Positions 35,163-44,813 of a stretch of DNA of 64,000 nucleotides are shown here, in pieces. Numbering within the stretch: position 1 is the first letter of the stretch; every line of letters begins with the position of its first letter. The position numbers and the translations under genes are program-made. Below the pieces are notes generated by a model. That model searched no databases, had not been told where the DNA came from, and saw nothing but the letters and a program-made list of their open reading frames with translations. The stretch spans positions 15,798 through 79,797 of IMG/VR virus record IMGVR_UViG_3300012683_000008, one strand, 5' to 3'. Origin of the DNA: a virus.

Positions 35163-37187
35163 TCAGCTCACCGGGGCGGGACGACGAGAAGGCTTCTGCT
35201 GCGGAATCGGACTCTGCGTCGGGTTCAACGGATCGGCCTGTGATCCCTGCTCGCTCTGGAGGAGACGGAAGACCACCATGTAGAGCTGGGGGTTCGACAT
35301 CTTCATCCGGTTGAGCTCTTGGTACTTCTGAGCCTCAGGCATGCCCTGGAGCTTCTCGGCTGCACGCTTGGCGAGGTACAGGATGTTCGCACCTCCACCC
35401 TGCATGCCCATCGTGAGTGGGCTCTGCATCTGCTGCGGAACACCTTCCTGAGGTGCCTGCTGGGCATTCTCCATCGAGACCGAAGAGCCCGGAGGCATCG
35501 CTGGGTCGACCGCCTGCCCGTCGAGCATCTCGCCTTCTTGCCCCGTCTGACCTCCGCCCTCTTGCCCTGGTGCCCCTCCTCCTGGAGGAGCCCCTTCCAT
35601 GCCTGGCGCTCCGCCCTGGGGCATGGCGGCCATCATGATCTGCTGGGCCTGAGCCTGGTAGCGGGCCGTGACGACCTGCACTTCGCCCTGCACACCAGCC
35701 TGAGCGAGCTGCATCTTCCTCTGGTACTCCAGCTCCTTGTCGAGCTCGCCCTTCCGGCGCTCGGCCTCGACGATCGGGTCGAAGTCGGCTTCTTGGAGCA
35801 TGGTCTGCTTCGAGATCATCATCGCCTGGTTCATCTGGAAGAAGAACGCAGTGCGCTGGAGATCGTCCGCCATCTTGAACCGGCGCATGTGGGCCTTCAC
35901 TACCGGCCAGCCCATGAACTCGGCGATGCGTTTGATGACGAACTTGTTGAGCATCAGGTGGTGGTCCGTGCGGTACCCGATGAACATGTTCTCCAGCATC
36001 CGCATCGAGACGTTGGAGCCGGAGTACTGCATGCCGCCGAAAACGAACTCTTCGGGCACGCCCATGCCAGCCACGATGTGCCGGCTCCAGACTTCCATCT
36101 CCTGGTAGAGGCCGAGGGCCTTACCGTCTCCGCCGATGGACTCGTTGCCGATCGGCAGCGGCATGATGGGGATGTAGTTCTGGTCGTACTTCCACTTGGC
36201 GATCTCCGACTCGATCCGACCCTTCCAGTTGTCGAGGTTGATCGTGGTGTACGGGTCGGCCGTGCCACCGTTGCCGGTCGGGAAGAGAACTCGCAGAGGA
36301 ACGATGTGCTCCTGAGCGATGGCTTCCTGAGCCTTGCGGAGGATCTGAAGGTAGAACGTATCCTTCAGCACCGGGAAGATGAGCGGCATGCCCCAGCCCA
36401 TGTCCTTCTGGCTGATGATGGGCCGCTTGAAGACGAAGATGTTGTCGTCGGAGAACCGGATGAACTTGTTCCGACGCATCGCCTCGATGAACGTGTCGGG
36501 CACGGTGTCGAGAACGTTCTTCTTCCCGAGGATGATGTCGTTCTTGAGCTGGATGGGGATCTCGAAGGTGTAGACCGGATCCGCTCCTGCGAAAGCTGGG
36601 TCGACGTTGATGTACTCGGGGTTCCACCGCATCAGGCGAATGCGGCGGACGTCTCGCTCGAAGTAGTCGAGCACCTTCGCCGGGCCGTAGTGGCTGCACT
36701 TGTCGCACTGGATGATGTAGTCGAAGTTCTTCCAGGTGTAGGCCAGCTTCGAGGCCTTCTCCTTGTGCTTGCAGCGCTCGCAGATGAGCCACTTCGTGTA
36801 CGGGAAGTGAACCGTGACGACGCACATCCCGTAGGTGTAGTAGTCGAGACCGACCTCGATCTGAAACGCTCGGTACCGCAGCATCTCTCCGAGAAGTGTC
36901 TCCCACTTCTCTTTGACTTCTTTCCTCTCCTCGTCGACGACGATCTCCGTCACCGGGTACTCGCTCATCTTGTGGACCACTGCGTTGATGAGCGGATTGA
37001 CGAGGTAGTAGTACCGGCACCACCTCATCAGCGCCTTCATCGAAGGCGGGAGGTACGTGTGGCCGATGTCGAAGAATGGAGAGGGGTATCGGACGCCGCT
37101 CCGGCTCATGCCGTCAGCGGTACGCCCACGCTGACCGGAGAACCGGGACGTTCCCGAGAAACCAAGACCAAGATTGTCGAAGCTCAA
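35163..37187 (-). CDS. Portal protein with zinc-ribbon insert and Q/P/G-rich C-terminus
   Basis: YYYLVNPLINAVVHKMSEYP, GLDYYTYG, WGMPLI, IVPLRV, IVAGMGVPEEFVFGG.YSGSNVSMR; CERC..CDKC. Confidence 0.78.
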   Translation of the reverse strand: MSFDNLGLGFSGTSRFSGQRGRTADGMSRSGVRYPSPFFDIGHTYLPPSMKALMRWCRYYYLVNPLINAVVHKMSEYPVTEIVVDEERKEVKEKWETLLGEMLRYRAFQIEVGLDYYTYGMCVVTVHFPYTKWLICERCKHKEKASKLAYTWKNFDYIIQCDKCSHYGPAKVLDYFERDVRRIRLMRWNPEYINVDPAFAGADPVYTFEIPIQLKNDIILGKKNVLDTVPDTFIEAMRRNKFIRFSDDNIFVFKRPIISQKDMGWGMPLIFPVLKDTFYLQILRKAQEAIAQEHIVPLRVLFPTGNGGTADPYTTINLDNWKGRIESEIAKWKYDQNYIPIMPLPIGNESIGGDGKALGLYQEMEVWSRHIVAGMGVPEEFVFGGMQYSGSNVSMRMLENMFIGYRTDHHLMLNKFVIKRIAEFMGWPVVKAHMRRFKMADDLQRTAFFFQMNQAMMISKQTMLQEADFDPIVEAERRKGELDKELEYQRKMQLAQAGVQGEVQVVTARYQAQAQQIMMAAMPQGGAPGMEGAPPGGGAPGQEGGGQTGQEGEMLDGQAVDPAMPPGSSVSMENAQQAPQEGVPQQMQSPLTMGMQGGGANILYLAKRAAEKLQGMPEAQKYQELNRMKMSNPQLYMVVFRLLQSEQGSQADPLNPTQSPIPQQKPSRRPAPVS

Positions 37188-37918
37188 GTAGTCCTCTCAG
37201 GAGGTGGATTGGCGGGTGCCGTGTGCTTCTTCTTGAGGTTTCGAGCGACCTCAACACCCTTGCCTACCAGTCCGCCAGCCTTTCTTCCAATCTGTCCGCC
37301 GACGATGCCGCCAGCCAGTCCGAAAGGAGAGCCGATGATGCCACCGACCTGGTCTCCGATTGCCGTTCCGACACGAACCGTCCGGCTACGTCCTTGCCGC
37401 ATCGGGTCTTCCTTCGACAGGGCCTCATGACCACCGGCGACGAGACCTGTGACAGCGAGAGCCTTCATGCCTGGGCCCATCTTGCCGAAGTCGGTGACGG
37501 AAGTCTGCCAGCCCTTCTTGAAAGACTGGACTGGGTTCGCGAACGCACTGACGGCGCTGCCTGCGTTCCGAATGCCACCCTGCACTGCACCGGGAGTGGC
37601 TTTGACGAGTCCCAATGCAGCAGAGGGAGCTGACCGAAGTCTGGAGCCGAGGTTCTGGATGAGGCCTGCATTCTTGAGGAGTCCAGGCAAGAACATGGCG
37701 CCGGTCGTCAGAGCCAGGCCTTTCCCTGCGCCCTTCAGAGCTCCGCCAAGGCGGCTCTTCTTCTCGCCTTTCTCATTGTGTCCTGGGCGCAAGGCGCCGT
37801 AGCCAGAACCAAGAAGGGCTCCCGCCATCATTATTTCGGAGACGGTGGTTGCCTTCTTCTCCATGGCGGCGATCTTCTCCAACTCATCCATGAAGGACAG
37901 GTAGGTTGCGGTTCTCAT
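37184..37918 (-). CDS. Glycine-zipper protein with FMDELEKIA leader
   Basis: SFMDELEKIA; GGIIGSPFGLAGGIVGGQIG; ATGA overlap. Confidence 0.7.
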   Translation of the reverse strand: MRTATYLSFMDELEKIAAMEKKATTVSEIMMAGALLGSGYGALRPGHNEKGEKKSRLGGALKGAGKGLALTTGAMFLPGLLKNAGLIQNLGSRLRSAPSAALGLVKATPGAVQGGIRNAGSAVSAFANPVQSFKKGWQTSVTDFGKMGPGMKALAVTGLVAGGHEALSKEDPMRQGRSRTVRVGTAIGDQVGGIIGSPFGLAGGIVGGQIGRKAGGLVGKGVEVARNLKKKHTAPANPPPERTT

Positions 37919-38850
37919 GAGGCACCCAGCCACGAACGCAGAGAGACGAGCTGCTCGGCGAGCTGCCGTCTCCGAACGTTCATGTAGTCACGAGAGACGA
38001 TGAGCTTGGCGACCTGAACGTCGACCTGGGTCTCTTGGAGTTCGATGTCCATCTCAGACTTCTTCCGAACTTCTTCCCAGCGGGTTTGGACTGGATCCGG
38101 GTCGTACTTCACGATCAGCGCCATCTTCTTCCCGAGTCCTGCCTCCAGAAGCTCTTGCTTGGGCCGCATCGAGAGGCCCTGCTCTGGGTCGAACTTCTCC
38201 GTGCAGTTGTCGCAGACGCCGTCGTGGAAGGCTGCCAGGAACGTCGAGTTGCAGTCTCCGCACTGGTAGAAGGGCCTGCTCACCTCGACTTGGATGAAGT
38301 CGAGAGGAGACGGGACGTAGAACACGTCTTCGTGCAGAACGGCGGCACCCATGTACTGCTTCACCTCGTCGGAGAACTCTTCACGACGAAGCGTGTCCAT
38401 GATGTCGATGCCGGCGTAGAGCTGTTCCAGGGACGGAGCCTGCATGATGTCGAAGTTGGGGACGTTGTTGTTCAACGCCTGAATGACCTTCTCGAAGACC
38501 TGCCACTGCATCCAAGGGGCATGGGAGACGTGCATCGTCTGCACGGCCATGATCTTGGCTCGATTGTGTTCCGAGACGTTGCTCTTGAACATGTCGAGAA
38601 TGGAGGCCCAGATGGTCTCCGGCTCCCAGAGAAGCCAATCGAGCTGGAACGCCTTGATGAGGGCGAAGTCCAGCACGATGGGGTGAGCATCGTGGTGAGT
38701 GAAGAGGTTCCTCAGGGTGAGAGGAACGCGGAAGTCGGAGTCGGTCTTGGCCAACTCCTTCTCGACAGCGCCTCCCATGACGGGTGCCGTCTCTTTCACC
38801 TTCTCGGCTTCTGACAGCCGAGAATAGAGGTCGTCTTCTGGAGTCCTCAA
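37915..38850 (-). CDS. Hypothetical (virion-module) protein with zinc ribbon
   Basis: Start reassigned to TTG 38850 after GGAG; WLLWEPETIW; CGDC..CDNC. Confidence 0.65.
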   Translation of the reverse strand: MRTPEDDLYSRLSEAEKVKETAPVMGGAVEKELAKTDSDFRVPLTLRNLFTHHDAHPIVLDFALIKAFQLDWLLWEPETIWASILDMFKSNVSEHNRAKIMAVQTMHVSHAPWMQWQVFEKVIQALNNNVPNFDIMQAPSLEQLYAGIDIMDTLRREEFSDEVKQYMGAAVLHEDVFYVPSPLDFIQVEVSRPFYQCGDCNSTFLAAFHDGVCDNCTEKFDPEQGLSMRPKQELLEAGLGKKMALIVKYDPDPVQTRWEEVRKKSEMDIELQETQVDVQVAKLIVSRDYMNVRRRQLAEQLVSLRSWLGAS

Positions 38851-38863
38851 AGCAACTCCGTTC

Positions 38864-39361
38864 TTACAACGAAATGGCTCTCTTCGCAGCAGCCGCAGGA
38901 TTCCAGGCGTGTCCACCGGTTGCCACATTGGCAGCGAGGTGGGAAGCCCGGCTCATGTTGTTCGGGCTGGTGAGGGCCTTGCCAGCTTGCGCCATCGGCT
39001 TCGCCACACCTTTGGCGGCCTTCGCAGCGTCGGCCAGACGGTGCATGTTCATCATGGCGCCCATCGAAGGGGCGGCATGCTTCGGCATCTTCGAGGCGAG
39101 GCCCCGAAGCTTGGAGAGACCGCTCTTGCCGGCCTTCAGGGCATCACCTGCGTGCTCTGCGGCGACGCTGGCTCCGAGAAGACCGAGACCGCCCGCTTCC
39201 CACTTGGCCTTGGTCTTTTCTTCTTTCGGAGCGGTCTTGCTCATCAACGTGTGAGCCACAGGCACGCCGAGAGCTCCGAGACCGGCCATGTCCAGCGCCG
39301 GCCCTAGAAGGGCGATCTTCTCCAGCTCATCCTGGAACGACAGCATCGTTGCGAGGTGCAT
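38864..39361 (-). CDS. Gly/Ala-rich protein with FQDELEKIA leader
   Basis: SFQDELEKIA then two hydrophobic helices (LDMAGLGALGVPV; EAGGLGLLGASV). Confidence 0.7.
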   Translation of the reverse strand: MHLATMLSFQDELEKIALLGPALDMAGLGALGVPVAHTLMSKTAPKEEKTKAKWEAGGLGLLGASVAAEHAGDALKAGKSGLSKLRGLASKMPKHAAPSMGAMMNMHRLADAAKAAKGVAKPMAQAGKALTSPNNMSRASHLAANVATGGHAWNPAAAAKRAISL

Positions 39362-39367
39362 GGTTCC

Positions 39368-40789
39368 TCAGTTGGTCGGGAGTCCGTCGAATTCCTGGCT
39401 GGCGAGACGAGCCAGGACCTTCTTCTGAAGGTCGGGCAGGGACTCGAAGATGGTGATGGGATCTTTCGAGAAGGCAGCGGCCAGCCCAGGTTCGAACTGC
39501 TTCGAGACCAGCGGCCGGCCGTTGAGGGCGAGCTTCTTGAGCTGGTCGCCGGAGACGTAGTCGCCCGTGTTGCTCATCCAGCTCCAGGCAGCACTCGCTT
39601 CCTTCACCTTGTTGCCGCCGAAGGTGGCGTAGAACGGGTCAGCGAGGTGGCCACCGTAGTACCAGTTCAGTCCGGCGACCTCGTCTGCCTCAGCGAGGAG
39701 CTTCACGAACTCGTCAGGCTCGATGCTGGCTCGCTTCTCCTGGAGAGTGTCCCAGAGCTCTGCGTGATCCGAAGCGAGGGAACGGCGGTTCGCCAGGTGC
39801 GCCTCGACATCAGGGGCGTACTCGACCGAGCCGTACCGCTCCAGCTCTTCGCTCACCGAGATGCCGAGCTCTTCAGCCCGTGAGGCTGTCTTCACGGCGA
39901 AGTCGTGACGGTCTTCTGGAGTGAGCTCCAGGTAGTTCTCGTTGAAGAACCGAACCGCCATCTGGACATCGCCGAAGCTGTCGAGCGGGTACTGGTTCAA
40001 GGCCATGTGCTGCGCTGAGGCCTTCTTCACTAGCAGAGGAGCTTCGAGGTTCGAGACGTCCACGACGTTGGCCATCTTCACCGGGCCGCAGCCGTCCTTC
40101 TCTTTCGGCTCGGCCTCGGGGTTCAGCTTGTGGAAGTCCTTGAGGTAGTCGACCTTGTCGCCCTTCTTGGGAGCCTTGGGCTTGAACCCGTCCCTCTTGT
40201 TGTCGGCCTTCTCCTGAGCATCGTCGATGTGATCCTGTGCCTCTTTCACCGAGGCGGTCTTCATCGAGCTCGCCGTGGGAATGACCCGACCAGCGTCGGC
40301 ACCGCCTCGAACGCTCACGAGGTTCGTCCTCTCGTTCCAGTCGGCTTCGTCTCCGACCAGAGGCTGCCGCATCGGGTCTCTCGACCGAGCAGACCCCTTC
40401 GTCGGAGCGGCAGTAGCCTGCTCCTTCCGACCAGCGATCTTCTCCAGGCTCTCGATGGGAAGACCGAAGAACGAGCACGCCTGCCCGATGTTGGCCGCAG
40501 CGACCTTCACTGCTTCCTCCGGGAGACGGTCTGCGTTCTCTGCGAGGTAGAGCGCCGAGAGAAGGGTGTTGCCGGGGTCGACGCAGGCGAACTTCCGAAT
40601 CATCTTGCCGTCGTTCTTCATGACGAGAGCGAAGGCATCGTCTCGGAGAATGTCTCTCTCTTCCGAAGACAGGATGTGGGCCACCTTGATGACCTCTGGA
40701 AGGGTCTCGGCCGTCGGGAAACTCCTCTTCAAGAGGGCGCCCTCCAGGTCGTCATAGAAGTCGAGAACCACGCCTGCGGTCTTCATCAA
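39368..40789 (-). CDS. Putative head protein (first gene of portal operon)
   Basis: 473 aa; AAGGAG RBS; about ten K-x-A motifs; YPLDS...A.RFF helical segment. Confidence 0.7.
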   Translation of the reverse strand: MMKTAGVVLDFYDDLEGALLKRSFPTAETLPEVIKVAHILSSEERDILRDDAFALVMKNDGKMIRKFACVDPGNTLLSALYLAENADRLPEEAVKVAAANIGQACSFFGLPIESLEKIAGRKEQATAAPTKGSARSRDPMRQPLVGDEADWNERTNLVSVRGGADAGRVIPTASSMKTASVKEAQDHIDDAQEKADNKRDGFKPKAPKKGDKVDYLKDFHKLNPEAEPKEKDGCGPVKMANVVDVSNLEAPLLVKKASAQHMALNQYPLDSFGDVQMAVRFFNENYLELTPEDRHDFAVKTASRAEELGISVSEELERYGSVEYAPDVEAHLANRRSLASDHAELWDTLQEKRASIEPDEFVKLLAEADEVAGLNWYYGGHLADPFYATFGGNKVKEASAAWSWMSNTGDYVSGDQLKKLALNGRPLVSKQFEPGLAAAFSKDPITIFESLPDLQKKVLARLASQEFDGLPTN

Positions 40790-40821
40790 CTGCTCCTTGG
40801 AGGGAGGGAATCGAGCATTTC

Positions 40822-40851
40822 AGTGTAGGTCCTTCCCCTCGGAACGGTCAA
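40822..40851 (-). promoter_or_regulatory. sigma70-like promoter of portal operon (TTGACC-18-TACACT)
   Basis: Near-consensus hexamers about 33 nt upstream of the first gene. Confidence 0.5.
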
Positions 40852-40884
40852 CGAATTCCCCCGGACAAGAACGAATGCTTTCAC

Positions 40885-40892
40885 GGGATAAG
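40885..40892 (+). promoter_or_regulatory. GGGATAAG motif
   Basis: 37 nt upstream of the first gene of the replication block. Confidence 0.55.
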
Positions 40893-40928
40893 AGGCAAGC
40901 GGGAATCATTAAACTTGAAGGAGGTGGA

Positions 40929-41519
40929 ATGCAGCCGCAACTTTACGGGAATCCGAGCGTCGGTAATCGCCCAAGCTGCTGGGGCAAGCCGGACATCTAC
41001 GACAGTCAAGACCGTGAGTGTCGAGGATGCGGATTCCAGAGTTCATGCCGTGATCAAGTCATCAAGTTAACCCCAGCCCAACAGAACCCGCCTGTGACGA
41101 CCACACCTGCGCCGTATTATCACTCGTACGCTCCATACGCTGCGCCGCAACCGACTGTCGCTCCAGCGCCAGTGCCGGCTCCGGTTCAGATCTCGCAGTA
41201 CAGACCGGCTCCAGTGGCACCTGCTCCAATCGCTCCGCCGACGTATACAGCGCCAGCGACGAGGGCACCAGTTCCACAACAGCCACCGCAAGCCGCTCAG
41301 TTCCAGCAAGACTGGTACGGGCGGATGCAAGATCCTCTCTTCTTCACGGTTCTCTCTCCTCCGCCTCTTCGTCAGCAAATGTACGGCGAGACGTTCGGAG
41401 AGCGCTTCTTCAAGAACCTTCTTCTGGATGTTGGTGCGATGGCTGCTGGCCATCTCATGCTCGCTCTGCGGCAGATGCTGCTTCCGCCGCTGCCTCCGGA
41501 TCCGACTCAGCGTCGGTGA
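40929..41519 (+). CDS. Zinc-finger + Pro/Tyr/Gln-rich protein
   Basis: AAGGAGG RBS; PSCWG..ECRGC...C then low-complexity region. Confidence 0.7.
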   Translation: MQPQLYGNPSVGNRPSCWGKPDIYDSQDRECRGCGFQSSCRDQVIKLTPAQQNPPVTTTPAPYYHSYAPYAAPQPTVAPAPVPAPVQISQYRPAPVAPAPIAPPTYTAPATRAPVPQQPPQAAQFQQDWYGRMQDPLFFTVLSPPPLRQQMYGETFGERFFKNLLLDVGAMAAGHLMLALRQMLLPPLPPDPTQRR

Positions 41520-41552
41520 TCGAATGTCAGAGCGGCAAGGTAAGGTGAAATC

Positions 41553-43025
41553 ATGAAGCTGACCCTGCCGTTCAAAGACCCAACGAGAGCGTACGTCTCG
41601 AACCAGCTCTGGCTCCCCAAGGAAGGAAACGTCCTTGGTGGGGTCAGAGTCGGTCCGATTCAAAAGGCTCTTGAGTTCACTGTGGGTCGAGCGGGGCAAC
41701 TCGATGTTCTGAAGATGTGGGAAGAGTCTAGGGGTCACGTCATCTGCCCCCGAGAGTTCCTTCCGACGTCGGAGTACGTGAAGTACAAGTTCCCCTTCGT
41801 CGATCTTAGGCCTCGGTTCCAGGACCGCTACTTCCAAGACCTCGTAGAGCCGAGGAACGAAGAGCAGGTCAAAGCTTGGGAGGCGCTGAGTCGCAACGAC
41901 AACGGCATCCTCAACTTGGGCTGCGGCAAGGGGAAGACGAAGCTCTCTCTGAAGAAGATTGCTCAGAAGGGAACGCCCACTCTGATCATCGTTCCGGATG
42001 GCGGGATGCTCGACCAATGGCGGCAGTCGATTCAAGGAAGCGACAGAACCCCACAGGGTCTGCGCTTCGACGGAGGCATCGGTCTCGTCCACGAGAGTCA
42101 CTTCGACTGGAGAGGCCGTCCTCTGGTGTTGGCGAACGTTTACAACTTAGCCCTCAAGATCCGAGATGGAAGAGTTCCTGAGGAGTTCTTCAGGTACTTC
42201 GGACTTGTCGTCTACGACGAGGTCCACCAGATGGGGGCGCCAGTCTTCAGTCAGTGCGCCTGGCCCTTCTATGGAGACCGCATCGGCCTCACCGCAACGG
42301 TGCAGAGAGAAGACGGGCTCGACCCCATCTACCGCTACCACATCGGAGAGCCCTTCTACTCCGACCTCGTGCAGCCCCTCATTCCTCTGATCTACTTCCA
42401 GAAGACACCAGTCAGGCTCGACATCGCTCCGACCATCAGGAACGGTTCCGTTCACCTCGGGCTGTTGCGAACGTCACTGGGCAGGGACCTGACCGGGAAC
42501 ACGTATCGCTACTACGCCATCAAGGAAGCGCTGGACCAGGGCAGGAAGATCCTCTGCCTCTCGCACTCGAAGGACCAGCTCTACCTGATGCACTCGCTCT
42601 TCCCAGGCTCCGGACTCCTCGTTCAGGAGACACCGACGAACCGGCGGCTGGAGATTCTACGGAACAGCCAGGTCTGCTTCGCCATCTCACGGCTCGGGGA
42701 CAAGGGCGTAGATGATGACCGCTTGGACACGTTGTTCTGGCTCACCCCGTTCAAGTCTCTCATCTCCTTGCAGCAATCCATCGGTCGAGTACAAAGGTCC
42801 CTCGAAGGCAAGAGGCATCCTGTGGTGGTCATCTTCGAGGACAACCTCGTCTCGACGCTGAAGAACCTGTGCCTGAGACTGAAGCAGACGTTCAGGCAGT
42901 GGCAGTTCAACTTCGATGTACTTCAACCGGGACGGTTCCAGAGGGAGCTGCCCCCAGAACTGAGAGCAATCTATGAGCAACGATTCCAGCAACTCCCCCA
43001 ACGCGGCGACGCAGACGACGACTGA
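41553..43025 (+). CDS. Superfamily II DNA helicase (UvsW/XPB-like)
   Basis: LGCGKGKT, YDEVH, GLTAT, GVD, QSIGRVQR. Confidence 0.88.
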   Translation: MKLTLPFKDPTRAYVSNQLWLPKEGNVLGGVRVGPIQKALEFTVGRAGQLDVLKMWEESRGHVICPREFLPTSEYVKYKFPFVDLRPRFQDRYFQDLVEPRNEEQVKAWEALSRNDNGILNLGCGKGKTKLSLKKIAQKGTPTLIIVPDGGMLDQWRQSIQGSDRTPQGLRFDGGIGLVHESHFDWRGRPLVLANVYNLALKIRDGRVPEEFFRYFGLVVYDEVHQMGAPVFSQCAWPFYGDRIGLTATVQREDGLDPIYRYHIGEPFYSDLVQPLIPLIYFQKTPVRLDIAPTIRNGSVHLGLLRTSLGRDLTGNTYRYYAIKEALDQGRKILCLSHSKDQLYLMHSLFPGSGLLVQETPTNRRLEILRNSQVCFAISRLGDKGVDDDRLDTLFWLTPFKSLISLQQSIGRVQRSLEGKRHPVVVIFEDNLVSTLKNLCLRLKQTFRQWQFNFDVLQPGRFQRELPPELRAIYEQRFQQLPQRGDADDD

Positions 43026-43473
43026 ACTCGATGAGCTCAAGAAAGAGCTCAAGGAGAAGGGCATCGACACGGAGAAGCTCGCCGTCCTCATGATCGGAGG
43101 GGAGCAGATTCTCGGCGAGGTCGTTCACGAGGATCGGGACATCATGACGGACGATCGCCTGGTCGGGAACCTCGTCAGGCTCAAGAACCCGAAGCGGTAC
43201 ATGCGGCTTCAGCGGATGACTCAGGACGGATCGGCAATGTCCGTCGACGTCTTCGTGGGCGGCCTCGATCTCATCGAAGACGATGGGTCCGAGATTCAGG
43301 TGCACGCACTCGGTGGCTACTGGCTCAGGAAGCTCGGCCTGAACTCGCAGCGGGAGCTGATGAAGACGCTGGTGATGTTCTTCAAGCACAGGACGATGGC
43401 TCGGGCCGCCAAGGCCGGTCTCATTACGCCCGACGGGCGTCTCAACATCGGAGGGATGGGTGGCAAAGGCTAA
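42973..43473 (+). CDS. Hypothetical protein
   Basis: 166-aa ORF, typical codon usage. Confidence 0.65.
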   Translation: MSNDSSNSPNAATQTTTELDELKKELKEKGIDTEKLAVLMIGGEQILGEVVHEDRDIMTDDRLVGNLVRLKNPKRYMRLQRMTQDGSAMSVDVFVGGLDLIEDDGSEIQVHALGGYWLRKLGLNSQRELMKTLVMFFKHRTMARAAKAGLITPDGRLNIGGMGGKG

Positions 43474-44260
43474 GAAGGAAGAAGCAGTTCCCCTCCCTTA
43501 CTTGGAGGGAGACGGTGATGAACAGCTCCAGGGCCTCTACGGTCAGTGGTACGCCTGTTCGAAGTGCCCGCTGCACGTAGAGAGACCGGGACCAGACGTT
43601 GTCTTCGGAGAGGGCAAGGCGAAGGCTCGCATCCTGTTGGTCGGAGAGGCCCCTGGTGAGGAAGAAGAACGCACGGGCATCCCGTTCCATGGACCCTCGG
43701 GTCAGCTCTTGAACCAGATGCTGGCTCTCGTGTCTGACGACCTGGAAGTCCAGGAGATCAGCAAATGGTACGACAAGGCGGCTCGGACGAAGGAGAACGT
43801 GCGGCGCTTCCACGAAGTCGTTGCCGAGTGGAGGAAGAAGGAGTTCTTCATCACCAACGTCGTCTGCTGTCGGCCACCGGAGAACAGGCAGCCGACCAAC
43901 CCAGAGATCAAGTCCTGCTCTGAGCGCCTCAGGGCGATCATCAACATCGTCGACCCGCTGGTCATCATCAGCATCGGCAAGACGGCTCTCGAAGCTCTGG
44001 TTCACAGAGTGACCGAGATCACCCAGAAGCGTGGTCAGCTCCATGAGATCGAAGTCATGGGGCGAGTCATGCCGGTGAAGTACCCGGTGATGCCCATCCT
44101 TCATCCCTCGTACCTCCTGCGAAAGGCGGACTGGAAGGTGAAGGATGGTGACTACGCCAAGACGGTGAAGGACCTCTACAAGGCGATGCGTCTGAAGGAC
44201 GAGCTCATGCTCCACAACTTCGGCACGCCCATTCCAGAAAGGGTGGATCCCACCAGATGA
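43460..44260 (+). CDS. Uracil-DNA glycosylase family 4 (Fe-S type)
   Basis: CSKC, LVGEAPGEEE, PFHGPSG, ITNVVCCRPPENRQP, HPSYLLR. Confidence 0.9.
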   Translation: MAKAKKEEAVPLPYLEGDGDEQLQGLYGQWYACSKCPLHVERPGPDVVFGEGKAKARILLVGEAPGEEEERTGIPFHGPSGQLLNQMLALVSDDLEVQEISKWYDKAARTKENVRRFHEVVAEWRKKEFFITNVVCCRPPENRQPTNPEIKSCSERLRAIINIVDPLVIISIGKTALEALVHRVTEITQKRGQLHEIEVMGRVMPVKYPVMPILHPSYLLRKADWKVKDGDYAKTVKDLYKAMRLKDELMLHNFGTPIPERVDPTR

Positions 44261-44568
44261 GTGAAGAAAACGAAGAGAAGACCTGGGCCTCGATCCTCGT
44301 TCCACTGACGCTGGCAGTACCTCTGATCATGTGGAGAGGTTTCGTGTTCTGCAAGTTGTGGGGATGGTTCTTCCTCCGACTCGGGGCTCCGCCGGTAACG
44401 CTGGTGGAAGGGCTCGGCGTCTGGCTGGTCGTGTCGTTTGCGACGGTCAGGTACGACGGAAAGAAGGATCAACGAGCAGACGAGAAGTGGTGGGCAGTGC
44501 AGTTCGTCAGGTTCCTCTTTCCTGCCTGCTTTCTTCTCTCAGGATGGATCTACCAGAAGTTCCTGTGA
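44257..44568 (+). CDS. Small integral membrane protein
   Basis: Three hydrophobic segments. Confidence 0.65.
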   Translation: MSEENEEKTWASILVPLTLAVPLIMWRGFVFCKLWGWFFLRLGAPPVTLVEGLGVWLVVSFATVRYDGKKDQRADEKWWAVQFVRFLFPACFLLSGWIYQKFL

Positions 44569-44576
44569 GGTAAGCC

Positions 44577-44813
44577 ATGAGTGGCGACATTCCGTTCTAC
44601 GTAACCGTCATGGGGAAGAGGTTCTACGAAGGGACCGTCCCCAAGCTCGTGAGAGAGCTCGAACGTCTCAACGACAACCTGGAGAAGTTCATCAAGGAGG
44701 GTAAGAAAGATGGAAAAGCAGGAGCACCAGCAGAGGATCGACGAGTACACGGAAGCGGTGAAGAAGTACAAGGAGATGGAGGAACACTTCCTCAGTGGCG
44801 GAGTGGCTGTTGA
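44577..44813 (+). CDS. Hypothetical protein
   Basis: GAGGT RBS; T.MGKRFYEGTVPKLVRELERLN; 3' end overlaps the next gene. Confidence 0.55.
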   Translation: MSGDIPFYVTVMGKRFYEGTVPKLVRELERLNDNLEKFIKEGKKDGKAGAPAEDRRVHGSGEEVQGDGGTLPQWRSGC

